Positions 1-12,590 of a DNA stretch of 64,000 bases are shown here, in pieces (the first letter of the stretch is position 1; every line of letters starts with the position of its first letter). Origin of the DNA: Octopus sinensis (lineage: Eukaryota); NCBI RefSeq assembly GCF_006345805.1, contig NC_043002.1, forward strand, positions 68,448,001 to 68,512,000, read 5' to 3'. The translations under genes were made by a program, and so were the position numbers. Under the pieces are notes generated by a model. The model worked only from the letters and a program-made list of their open reading frames with translations, was not told the DNA's origin and did not search any database.

Positions 1-2846
1 TGGCTTGGTACCCAGGTATGCATTTTACCTACTGAAGCAAAGGTAACTAACCTGGATTAAAAAATTTGAATAGAAAAGTATGCTGCTCATTAAGTTTGTG
101 GCAAACATTTGCACCAACCTCCTGCTATTAGCCTTTCCAAAAAGTGTGACTGATCCTGCACAAGCCTTCGCCATCAAAAACAAATCATCCATGTATGTAG
201 TCTAACAGTTGGCAATAGGACCCCCCCATGTTGAAATCAATGGATGAATCCATTATGTGGTAAGACACTTGCTTCCCAACCACATGGTGCCATGGGTAAG
301 TGTCTTGGACTGATCAAAGCTGTGTGGGTTAATTTGGTAGACGTGTGTGTGAAAGTGCTTATGCCACCTTTAATATATATGAAGAAAGTATCTCCAGATG
401 TACAGTATCAACATTTTGGGGCTTCTCTCAACCGTTATGTTTCTTTCTCCCTTTCTCTTCATTACCCAGTCTCCTAACACTCACTTCTCTCCTATCAATG
501 TGCCACTCGACTACAACCATCTCCTTCACATGATGCTGCCTTATCATGAGAGATGGGGTGATATCACATGTCAGTATTTAATCCTACTCTTCCCATCACT
601 TCTTTGTTGTTAGCCATCATTCTCGCTTTCCTATAACTTGAAATTTATTACTATCATTTCCAGTGCTCTCTCTTCCATCACTATCTCCATTCCTACTTCT
701 TCCTCCATACCACTCATGTTGTCATACTGAATCTCCTCACCAACAATCATCATATAATTGTCTATAACTCTCTCTCTCTCTTCCTTTACTTTCCCCAAAA
801 AACCCTCTTGATCATATCATTCTGGTTTTCTTCCATTACTCTCCCCTATGTTATCCTTCCTCTTTCGCTGGTCTTCATTCAGCACTCTTTTCATCATCAT
901 CATTGTTTAACATCTGCTTTCAATGCTGGCATGGATTGGATGGTTTGACTGAAAATTGGTAAGCGCCGGGTGGGGGGGGGGCTGCACCAAATTCGAATCT
1001 TATTTGGCAAGGATGCCCTTTCTAATGCCAACCATTCTGCAAGTGAGTGCTTTTTACATGCCACTGGCACAGGTGCCATTGACCTGATACTGGCATCGGT
1101 CATGACTATGGTCTCACTTGGCTTGACAGGTCAAAACAAGCACGGTATATTGCCAGAGTCTTGGTCACCTGTCACTGCCTCTATGAGGCCTAAAAACAAG
1201 ACAATCCTCTGATGCCAGTGAAGAAACAAACAAAGATAGAGGAAGGTAGAGAGGGTTCTTTAGTCTCACTCTGAACAAGACAACCTTTCAAGTGCTGGTA
1301 ACATTATAAAATGCCCTCAGGACAATGCAGACCTACCAAAAATGAAACATATGAGCAAGATGCAGTCCTTAACCTAGTTTGGAGGGCAAGTAAATCTGAA
1401 TAAGAACTGACTTGATCTGTGATGAATTGTCCAACCCATGCCACTATGGAGAAGTGAATGTAAAGAGAATCATCTGTGTGTGTATGAGTGCAAAACTGTA
1501 TACAGAGTGGTACTCATTTACATCAAAAGGTAACAGTCTACAAAATAAGTACCAGACCGAGGTAAAAGTACAGAGGTTGATGTCATCAACCAAGACTCAT
1601 GAAGGCAGTACTATAGCAGGTCACAGTCCAATGACAAACCAGCAGAAAGAGGAATGCAAGAGACATATCTCCATATCACAAAACAAGAAAGTTGAAAACT
1701 GAATTATTACTAATTCTTTTCTCTTCTTCATAAAAATCCTGAGCCGTTAACTGTATTATTAAACACAGCTTTGAATTTATATCAGCCTTCAGTGAAAATG
1801 TCTTAAAAGTTGCAATATAGTAATATATATGTTATATTATTAGGCTGGAAGAGTACCAAATTTTTAGACTTGCAGAATTTAGTTTTGTATATTCTATGCT
1901 GTGTTCAAATCTAATTAGGATGAAGTATTCTTTTCATCCCTCTGAGGTCAAGAAAATATGTGCCAATAATGTATTGAGTATGATTACCTTAAGTTCATTG
2001 ATTTCTCTGGACAATGGAAGAATTTGGGTTTGGTACTACCACCTCCTCATCTCCTAGCATAAAGTTGCCCCTCTTAAGGGTCGTAGTCTTGCAAGCTGCA
2101 TGGTAATCTCACTAGTGCTGGTGGCACAAAAAGAAAAAGGCACCCAGTACACACTGTAAAGTGGTTGGTGTTAGGAAGGACATCCAGCCATAGAAACCAT
2201 GCCAAAACAGACACAGGAGCACGATGCAGTCATTGGGCCCATTGGATCCTGCCAAACCATTCAATCCAAACCAACATGGACGTATGATGATGATGATGAC
2301 ATATGGAAAATCTATATAGGAGAGCAGTAGCTCCAGATGGAACTGACTTGGACCCATCCAAGGTGTATCTACATGGAAAGTGAATGTAAAAGGACGATGA
2401 AGATGATGGGCTACGTACTGACATAGTGTCCAACCTGATGTTGCATGTATGGGAGAGAGGGAGGGGGAGGAAAAGAAAGAGAGCAGCTAAGGGAGTAAAA
2501 ATGTGATGGAAACACAATTGTCTTTAAAACTGGACCTAATAAACAAATTTATTCAGCCACCAATAATGAGAACCAATCAAAAACGTAACAAATATAGGCA
2601 TGATTACAACTGGCAGGAAGTATGTATTTACCTCATGTCCCTGGCCATCTGTATTTATTTGTTTTTTTTATTTTTTCACTTGGGAACTTTGGCAGACAAA
2701 GACCACTGAAACAATCAGAAGATACATGGATTGTGACCTAGACAACAAATGGCATAGTGTACTGACTAAGAGAGGGAGGGAACAGTTAACCTCTCTCTCT
2801 CTGAAATCAAAACTGGCAAAGCTCAACATAACTCTCTCAATGTTTA

Positions 2847-3467
2847 TCTCTTATTATAAAAGGCAGATTTTATCTGCCTCCCTTTGGGAGTTATACAAAT
2901 CTACAATATAGGATTTCTTCAATTACAATTTACCTAGCAGTTTTAAGAGTACAATGCATCACGTCATGCCAGGTCCAGTTTTTAAAATTTAAACTCCAAT
3001 TAAGCAAAATTTACAGAAAACTCACATTCTGGTGTGTGTGTCAAATGCTTTTCTTAGTCTGGTTTACACCACACGCAAACGCACACACACAGTGGGCAAG
3101 GAATAAATGAAAGTAATTCACTTACTGTAGTGAGTGGTTCTTTCACTCTGCCTCCCACTTCCTATTTACACACATAGAAAAACTTTTATTTTTTACATAA
3201 GTAATGAGAGCGAAAAAGACTAAGAGAAAGCGATTGTATGACGAGGGAAGTTCCTTTGAAGTTACCGTGCATGGACTCATTGATGTACATGTGTGTGTGG
3301 TGTGTGTGTTTGATGGAGTGTGGGAGACACAGTATGTTGTGTAAGTGAAGTGCTTCTGTTAGTGTGTGTGAAAGAGAGAGATAACTGAAATTTTTTACTC
3401 GGTTTATGTGTATTGTATGTATGCATGTATGTATGTGTGTGTGTATGTATGTGTGTGTGTATGATGT
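2847..3467 (+). mobile_element. Non-autonomous Helitron-like 5' segment
   Basis: Starts A|TCTCTTATTATAAAAG (5' TC after an A), has a small palindrome aggcagat-ttt-atctgcct at 2861-2879, and runs into CA/GT microsatellites. It has no 3' CTAG of its own before the next element. Confidence 0.45.
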
Positions 3468-4315
3468 ATTTATAATAAAGAAGGTTTGTGTGTCTGTCTA
3501 CTCCGATTTAGATTCCTAACTACTCTCACATTTTGCGATGCAGTTTAAATAACCAAACGGTATCTTATAGTCGTGATTCATATCGAGCCCTTCTGGGTAT
3601 TAGCGCGCGTCTACGATGAGTCTATGATTTTACAAATAATTTACCATCATTTTTTTTCCATTTTAATGCATATTTTTTAAAATAAACGGAAGTAACTCTC
3701 AAACTTCACACCAATATGCGTGCTCATATGCGACGTAATATCACATCACCAGCATTTCCTCCTCACACTCTCCTTGCACTTGGCGAAGGCAAAATACCAG
3801 GGGATGAAAATGGTAATATTGCCATCGATTCCATTTGTACCATTGTTAAGACGCCTTCTGATCTCAGAGATGCAGTGTTCCCAGATTTACAAGCTAATTA
3901 TCAGAATATGGATTGGATTGGCAAAAAGGCTATACTGGCCCCGAGGAATAAAACTGTTCACCATATTAATGATGAAATGCTAAAACTCATTCCTGGGGAA
4001 GTCGATGTATATCAGTCTATCGATACAACTCCTGACCCAGAGGACGTCATCAACTATCCAATAGAGGTACTCAATTCCTTTGAGCACCCCGGACTACCAC
4101 CACACTTTCTCAAACTTAAAGTTAGTGCCCCTATAATGCTCATCAGAAATTTGGTTCCCCCAAAACAATGCAATGGCACACGTTTGGCGTTAAGTCCTTA
4201 TCTCCCACTGTAAGCTTATTTCAATATTTGCCTGAATAATCATCATAATTCAGTGCAATCATTAACAGTACTTTCAAGCAATTCAGCCCCGAGCAACGCC
4301 GGGCAATTCTGCTAG
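3468..4315 (+). mobile_element. Internally deleted Helitron retaining a PIF1-type helicase C-terminal fragment
   Basis: ORF 3716..4213 has Helitron helicase motifs (AILAPRN, Y.SID, NYP.E.LNS, GLPPH.LKLK, PIMLIRNL, CNGTRL). The 3' end has the hairpin cccg-agcaacgc-cggg at 4288-4303 followed by CTAG|T at 4312-4316. The 5' end resembles tataataaagaaggtttgtgtgtctgtct. Confidence 0.9.
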
Positions 4316-7300
4316 TACCATATAAAAGTGCATAAGGTTTAAATTACACACAGCATGCAAAGGTTATGTCAGAACCATATGATACTTCTAAGTATATTAT
4401 AGTATCACACACACACTATATCCTCGATTTGTCAGTTTGGTTAATGTCATATTATCACCATAAATGTATGTAAGCAATGAATTGGCAGAATGGTTAAGGT
4501 ATCGGATGAAATGTCTTGTAGTAACAAATCCACCTTCTTGTGTTTTGTGTTCAAATCCCGCTAAAGTCAACTTTGTCTTTTGTCCTTCCAGAAACAATAA
4601 TTAACTCTCTAACATTTAAACCAGCCATATCCACCCATAATACTCTACATGCTTTATGTTCGGACTGGCCAGATCTAGCTTCTCACACCTGCCCTACATT
4701 ATTATTCCGAAAATTAACAGTTACCTCATCAAAATGTCAAAACTACAAGATAATGCATGATTAATTCAAAGCAATGTGAATAAATAAATGTTACTTTTGA
4801 GAGAATTATGTGAATATTAAAGGGTTAAAATAACAATGTAGAATAATGGTAGATTGGGAAAATCGTTAGTGCATTGGATAGGATGCCATGCTGTATTTGT
4901 ATGATCTCTATATTCTGTGTTCATACCCAACTGTGGCAAATTTGGGTGGTGGACTTATTCTATCATACAGTTTAACACCTCCATCTGATATTTTGGTACC
5001 TTTAACAGTTAACTATGTTGGAAGCTTACACGCTGAGTCTCCAGTTTTAGAATGCCTCCCTCCTTCTCACTCGTTTCAGAAGCCCTACAAAAAACCATGG
5101 GCAACATCCTTCCTCCTAACTAAATCAGCATCATCATTATTTAATGTCCATTTTTGCATGCTGGCATGTGTTTGACAGTTTGACAAGAGCTGGCAAACCA
5201 GAGGGCTGCTCCAGGCCCCAGTCATCTGTTTTGGCATGATTTCTATGGCTGGATGTCCTTCCTAATGCCAACCACTTTATAGAGTGTACTAGGTGCTTTT
5301 ACATGGATGCTGTTACAAGTTACAGGTATTTTTTTACATAGCACCTGCACAGGTGCTTTTTATGTGGTGCTGGCACAAGTGCTTTTTACATGGCACTAGT
5401 ACCTAGTGGGTCGCCAAGTAACTTGTAAGACAAGGATGTCTGAGAGATAGTGAGGAAGCAAGAAGAAAAATAATAAATGAATAGACAGTTTTGGGGTGAG
5501 CAAAAGCAATATGGGCCTTCATAGTTGTTTTTGTTGATGGGGTTAAAAATAGATAATATAGACCTTAATAGCCAACAATGAATGACAGTGAAACATCCAG
5601 GTATAACTTGGTACATTAGTTAGTCACCTGGTTATTGTTTAACTCCAAGTCAATTTTGTTCAAACAGACCTATGATCAAAGACATTCATCTAAGACCCCA
5701 TGCAACCATTTTAGGAGTGTGTAGAACTGCGTTACTGCATGTGTCATTTCTTTTTAAAATATCAGGGTCTAAATTCGATGGAGATTTGTTTGCAATTTCT
5801 AACAGAGTGAGCTCTCTCTTTAACTAAGGTTATACCATTAAGAGAAAGTGAAAGATCAACAATTTAGAAGTAAGAATAAATAATTCAATTTCAGTAGTGA
5901 GGAACAGAAATAAAAATATAATAAAAAAAAAATTCCATTTAAAGGTTGATTAATTACAATATCTACAAATAAACCAAGGAGAAGAAAATTTGTCTTGCTA
6001 GAAGTAACAATTGTACCACCTTACTGTCTGCAGATCACATCCTATCATCATCATCATCATCGTTTAACGCCCATTTTCCATGCTAGCGTGGGTTGGATGG
6101 TTCGACGAGGGTCTGGGGAGCCAGGAGGCTGCACCAGGCTCCAGTCTGATCTGGCAGTGTTTCTACAGCTGTATGCCCTTCCTAACACTAACCACTCTGT
6201 TGAGTGTAGTGGGTACTTTTTACGTGCCACTGGCACAGAGGTCAGAGGAGGCTGGCAACGACCACGATTGGTTGGTGCTTTTTACGTGCCACCGGCATGG
6301 AAGCTAGCCAAGGAGGCACTGGCATCAGCTACATTCGGATGGTGCTTTTTACATGGTACCAGGACAAGGAACAAAAGGGATACATTAGATAATGTATTGT
6401 AGATGTCCCTACAAAGAGATGGTCACAACTAGAATGTCTTTGGATGAAGTTCTGCTCCATCAGACTTGACTTGGAATTGGGCAACAGCAGTGAGCTGGCA
6501 GAAACGTTAGCATGCTGGGTGAAATGCTTAGCGGTATTTCATCTGTCTTTACATACTGAGTCCAAATTCTGCTGAGACTGACTTTGCTTTCATTCCTTTC
6601 GGGGTCAATAAATTAAGTACCAGTTGCGCACTGGGGTCGATCTAATCAACTGGCCCCCTCCCCAAAGATTTCAGGCTTTGTGCCTAGAGTAGAAAAGGAA
6701 TTAGGCAACAATAATCTTTACAATAGATGTACCATATGTAACACAAAGGAAGTAAATTTTCAGTATGATGTGTGTGACTTGATTTTTTATTAAATGATTT
6801 TTATCATGTATTAAGCAAGCCTTGTAGCTATGTAATAAGCCAATCCTTAAAATAGATATAGTGACTCAGAAGTGATAAAGAAGATGGTCGTCTATGACTT
6901 AGTACTTTTGAGATGTCAGGGTGTGATAGATCAACAGTCATTAGGCTCAAAGATATTGATCATCTGTAGAGATGAAACATTGCATCACACATTTAAAGAG
7001 TTTAGAGAGGAACATATCATTTGAAAGTAATGAAAAGACTATTGTCAAAACCAACCAGTGACCTAATCTGAGTTTGGAGTGACTATGTAATGGTGAGACT
7101 AAGTGGGATCCAAAAGAAGTTTATGTGTTTCTGCCTTGTGAAGTTCAAGGCAAAATATGCAGCAAATGCAATGGTTTTATCTGCAGGAATATCAACGATA
7201 GCAATCTTAGGAAAGGAGTGGCACCTAGCAGGTTTCTATGAAGTAGAAAATGTTAATCATCCTCAATTATAAAATATCCAAGTATTGTTGACCTACAACT

Positions 7301-9054
7301 TACACACCAAAGCTTTGACATTTACTTAATAGCATTATATAGTAGTTTAGAGTAAAAGCATTGAATACATGATTTTTTGTTGTTGTTTTTTAGCCTCCCC
7401 CCACCTCACACTCTCTTCTAAAATGTGAGTAGTCATGTAGCTTCTCTACAGCAAGAAACCTGTTTTGCTCTAGCCCTTTTTCAATCATACTTTACCCTTC
7501 TCTTACTCCTTATTCTCCTAGCATAAAAAAAGTTCCATCTCCCCTCTTGGGGTTCATGGTCTTGCAAGCTGCATTACAGCTTCACTAGTGCTGGTAGTAC
7601 AAAAAGAAATGTGCCCAGTACATGCTGTCAAGAGGTCAGTATTAGGACGGACATTCAGCTGTAGAAACCATACCAGAACAGACAGTGGAGTGCAATGCAG
7701 TCACTGGGCCCATCAGATCCTGTCAAACTATCTAACCCATACCAATATGAATAGTAAATGATAATTTTTTTTACATAAAGCACTATATTTTAAGAGGCAG
7801 TGTCAACTGAATATATTTAAGGTTATGGAGAGAACAATGTCAGAATCAGTGTTTTGTTAGATTTCAAGTAATTGGAGATTTTATACTATGCATATACATG
7901 TCTGTTGTAGTGAGGAAATTATGACATGACAATAGCAGCATAACCTATTTATAGGAGGGTTAAACCACAAGATTATTTATTGATTCCCATGCAATACATA
8001 GTGAATGAGAGTTGTTAATTTATATGAGTAAAATATTTATAAAGTGTATTTTGACAGGTTGTGTAAGGTATCCATTCTGAGGCATAATGCTAACACAGTC
8101 ACCAACAAGAGATACAAGGTTCAAGTTCTACTAGAGGTCCCATTCCTTCTCTGATTGAGATCAGTGATCGTAAATGTCCTATATCATATCCTGTGTATGT
8201 GTCAGTAAATCAACCAAGTTGTTAAAGTATTAGATAGATGGCCTTCTGGTACTTGTTACTGTTCTCTGTACTCTCAGGTTCAAATACTACCATGATCAAC
8301 TTTACCTTCCATCCTTTTGCAATCAATAAATTAAATACCAGTTTTGTATTGAAATAATCCTGCTCAAGAAGTGCCACTGTTAGTTTTGGCCATGCACTCC
8401 TTTATCCACACGATAAGATCATCTGCAATCCTGTCACATTAGATCCCTTCCCAGTGAAGTGGACAGCTGAAAAAGTGCACAAGTTGGGATCAATCTGAAT
8501 CTTAAATCAATATCTTGTCCTCACATGTATGGCGCCCATCAGTAGAATCACTATTGGTTGGTGATGATCCCATCTGATGTCCATGATCCCCCAAGCATGG
8601 TTAGTTTCTGTTTGAGATGCTATGGATTCACTGACTGAAACCAGCTAAACCCATCCTGGATGAACATAACAAATACAAGCAAGTAAGAAACAGTGTTTAC
8701 AGAAATTGAAGAGGAATGTCAATGTTTTACCTTGCCAGTACAAAAGGGCCTAGAAAAACAAAAGATGCTCCTGCTTGGAATAAATGAAAATAATGATTTC
8801 TAACAGAAGCTCAAAGGAAGGTATTGTTGATTATACTGACTCCAACAATTGGGGTGATGAAAGGCAAAACTGATCCTGATGGGATTTGAACTCAGAACAT
8901 AAATTGATGTAACTAAATAACACCTAGCATTTTGCCCAGTACCCTTTCAATTCTGCTAGCTTCCATTATATAATAATTCTTTCTACTATAGGAATAAGGC
9001 CCCAGATTTTTAGTGAGGGGGCTAAATGATTACATCAACATATTATCATGAAGA

Positions 9055-9539
9055 AAAGACATGGAGAAGGCAGCTCTTCTAGGAGAAAGATACTATGACA
9101 TAAAACTTGCAGTCAAAATAGTATCAGTCATCTTGCAATGCTTGTCACTGGAACTGACTATGTGGTCAAGAGAGAGACAAATGTGTTGTACAAGCTTTTC
9201 TTCCTTAAATCTAATGATACACAGACATCCCACAATCATTTCATTTCGTGATCTGTTTTGTTTTTTGTAAAGCCCTACAGTAGTGGATGCATGGCAAAAT
9301 GTGAAAAGTAATATCAACAAACATGCAAGGATGAAAGTAAATCAGAACAACCAGGTTGAAGGTGAGACAGCTATCATCTGACAAGAGAAGACAATCATTA
9401 TGTTTACTGCTTAGGTCAGATATACAATGTTGTGCATTAGTGAAAAAAATGGATGGTAAAAATGAGATGTAACTAAAAGATCAAACTGAGAGACAGAATG
9501 ATGATAAATTGACTTATTAGAGGAATTAAGTTTTTATAT
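9055..9539 (+). repeat. Copy 1 of a ~485-bp direct repeat (inserted into a SINE)
   Basis: Aligns by eye, highly similar, to 11572-12055 (offset 2517); ORFs 9061..9270 and 11524..11769 share KAALLGERY.DIKLAVKIVSVILQCLSLELTM. Confidence 0.92.
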
Positions 9540-9668
9540 GACTGGTACTTTATCAACCTGAAGGGATAAAAGGTAAAGTTGACCTCAGGGGAATTTGATC
9601 TCAGAAAATAAAGACAGATGAAATGCCATTAAGCATTTTATCCAACATGCTAATAAGTCAGCCATCTT

Positions 9669-9899
9669 ATTTCTTTATTGCCTACAAGGGGCTAAATATA
9701 GAGGGGACAAACAAAGACAGACAAAGGGATTAAATCGATAACATCAACCCCAGTGCATAACTGGCACTTAATTTATTGACCCCGAAAGGATGAAAGACAA
9801 AGTCGACCTTGGTGGAATTTGAACTCAGAACGTAACAGCAGATGAAATACTGCTAAGCATTTTGTCCAGCATGCTACGTTTCTGCCAGCTCACCGCCTA
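9669..9899 (-). mobile_element. tRNA-derived SINE (family A)
   Basis: Full-length match to the 28179-28413 copy. Confidence 0.9.
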
Positions 9900-10129
9900 A
9901 ATAACAATAATTATAATCCTTTCAACTATAGGCACAAGGCCTGAAATTCTGGGGGAGGAGGCAAGTTGTTACATCGACCCTAATGCGTAACTGGTACTTA
10001 TTTCATCAAGACTGAAAGGCAAAGTCAACCTTGATGGAATTCGAATTTAGAATGTAAGGACAGACAAAATGCCACCAATTCTGCCAGCTTGCCATCTAAA
10101 TAATAATAAGCAAGCAAGTGTGCCTAATA

Positions 10130-10530
10130 ATCAATGTGGTAGTGCTAGAAGATCAACATATTATCATGAAAGAAAGATAGGAGGTCGACAAATACGGTGA
10201 CCTGAAAGTTGAGACTGCCAAGATGTAGCAGCTGTAAGAGTCAAACATAATGGCTGTTCCTGTTATCATCGGAGTATTGGGTTTAATACTACTCAACCTG
10301 AAGAAACATCTGGACATTTTAGAAAAACCCTACCTTGTTGTTTTGCAAAAATCAGCCTTACTTGGAACTGAATGCATCATACTGCATAAAGTACTGTCTG
10401 ACTGAGGTCCTTGTTGTGATTTGACAGACAGTACACACAATATCTTCAATCTACATCACAATATTGGATATTGTGTGACATCTTAATACTGCTACTACTA
10501 ATAATAAAAATAATAATTATTATTATTATT
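10130..10530 (+). mobile_element. 3' remnant of an RLE-type non-LTR retrotransposon (R4/Dong-like)
   Basis: Frame 10166-10405 reads MKER*EVDKYGDLKVETAKM*QL*ESNIMAVPVIIGVLG...LQKSALLGTECIILHKVLSD*, typical of the C-terminal restriction-like endonuclease region. It has 3 internal stops and a (TAA)/(TTA)-rich tail near 10495-10530. Confidence 0.75.
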
Positions 10531-11571
10531 TTATAGCAACTGTAATACATATTTGTAGGTGCTTAACCCAAGTCAATCACATTCTATGAAACATGATCAA
10601 AGACATTCCACCATAACCATCCTGCCTTTTTATGGTTGTATAGAACTACAATACTCGATGTGTTCTTTTCAAGCAGTAGGATGTGATTTGAGATTTGACT
10701 GCCATTTCAAGAAGCTTTAACAACCACTTAAAGGCTCCATTGTTAGTTCATTTTATATGTAGTCAATTAGGTTGCTGTGAAAAGCTGAAACAGGAAAGGG
10801 GCTAACAATAGTGGGATATCTCTAAAATCTATTAGTCTCAAAATAATTGTTATCTTTAGCATAATTGTTATATTTAGTATAAGAGATGAGTAGATATACA
10901 CTGAATTGTATAGGTATTGCAATCAGAGGAGGTATGGCTGGATCTCAAGTTAATTACTCACATCACATGCACTGAATATCAGGAACAGTCAAGGGCAAAA
11001 GTTCATTGTCTGATCTGATTGGTCAATAGAGGTTCTGACACTTGACCTGAACGAGACTGGAGGTAGGACATACTTGAAATTGTATCATGAGTGCAAAATG
11101 AACAGAAAAAATGTCGTTTGTGACAAAGAGATTTTCCTCATATCAGTAGGATTGGCAGCAGGAAGGACATCATAGCATAAATTATCACTGCTCTTATAAT
11201 TTTATGAATGAATCAGGAAATTCAAAGGAAAATTATACCCAAGATGAGAACCAGGGGAAAACAAAAACGTCCACAATGTTACAAAAGAATTCTCTGAACA
11301 GGATGTTGTTGCTGTTAAACCCCAGGTCAGCATTGATCAAACAAACCTATGATCAAAGACATTTCGGTTTAGATTATCTCATCATTTTTCAAGCATGTGT
11401 TCCCAACCCAATGCCCTTTTTTTTAAGACAGTATGAGTTACTGGAGATTTCAATACTATTTCTATCAATACAAAGACCACACAGAACCTCCCTTATTGGC
11501 TCATACTATATGCTGTACACAGTATGCCATATCCTGTACACAGTGTTCTATATACAAGGGTTATATTTGAC

Positions 11572-12055
11572 AAAGACATGGGGAAGGCAGCTCTTCTAGG
11601 AGAAAGATACTCTGACATAAAACTTGCAGTCAAAATAGTATCAGTCATCTTGCAATGCTTGTCACTGGAATTGACTATGGTGATCGAGAGAGAGACAAAT
11701 GTGTTGCACAAGCTTTTCTTTCTTAAATCTAATGACACACAGACATCCCACAATCATTTCATTTCGTGACCTGTTTTGTTTTGGTAAAGCCCTACAGCTG
11801 TGGATGCATGGCAAAATGTGAAAAGTAATATCAACAAACATGCAAGGATGAAAGTAAATCAGAACAACCAGGTTGAAGGTGAGACAGCTATCATCTGACA
11901 AGAGAAGACAATCATTATGGTTATTGCTTAGGTCAGATGTACAATGTTGTGCATTAGTGAAAAAAATGGATGGTAAAAATGAGATGTAACTAAAAGATCA
12001 AACTGAGAGACAGAATGATGATAAATTGACTTATTAAAGGGATTGGTTTTTATAT
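11572..12055 (+). repeat. Copy 2 of the ~485-bp direct repeat
   Basis: Same sequence as 9055-9539 with scattered substitutions. Confidence 0.92.
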
Positions 12056-12169
12056 CTAAAAATGCAAAATTATTGCTGGTATACCTATGTAACTGAAATC
12101 TATGATGTAATAACAAGATTCAACACGGTTCTTTAACATTAGGACAATTATAGATTTGCATGTCATTGT

Positions 12170-12590
12170 TAATAATGAAGTTCAGGGCACTATTACCCCT
12201 ATTGGCAACAAAGGGCTTCTCTAATCAAAGTGAAGGGTTAGATTGTATGATGCTTGTATACAGTGTGGTATTGCATAGGTGATCCAGGTCCACTGAATGT
12301 AGAAGTGGTGTGAAGGTCAGAAAGAGGCTGAAAATTTCTGCTGGATATGTAATCTTAACATGCATGAATGACAGAACTCAAATGAGTTGAGAGGAAACGT
12401 TGAATATGAGAAGAATCAGATAAAGTGTACAAGAAAGAAAACTACACTGGTGCAAACATGTGATGCATATGGAAGATGATGGGTGAAGAAGCCTCAAGAA
12501 AACCAAGTGGAAGGAGCCTAAAGAAATGGAAGACCAAGAAAGATAAAAGAAGAACTGGTATGAAGGCTGATCTCAAGATACTGAGTTTAA
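12170..12590 (+). mobile_element. Degenerate RTE-clade LINE 3' fragment
   Basis: Decayed match to the RTE C-terminal segment (LPLLATKGFS..GRLYDAC...GRPRK) also seen at about 25470-25960 and 57370-57620. Confidence 0.65.

Noticed and set aside
3716-4213. Host PIF1 helicase gene
   Set aside because: The fragment lacks the N-terminal helicase motifs and is bounded by Helitron termini.
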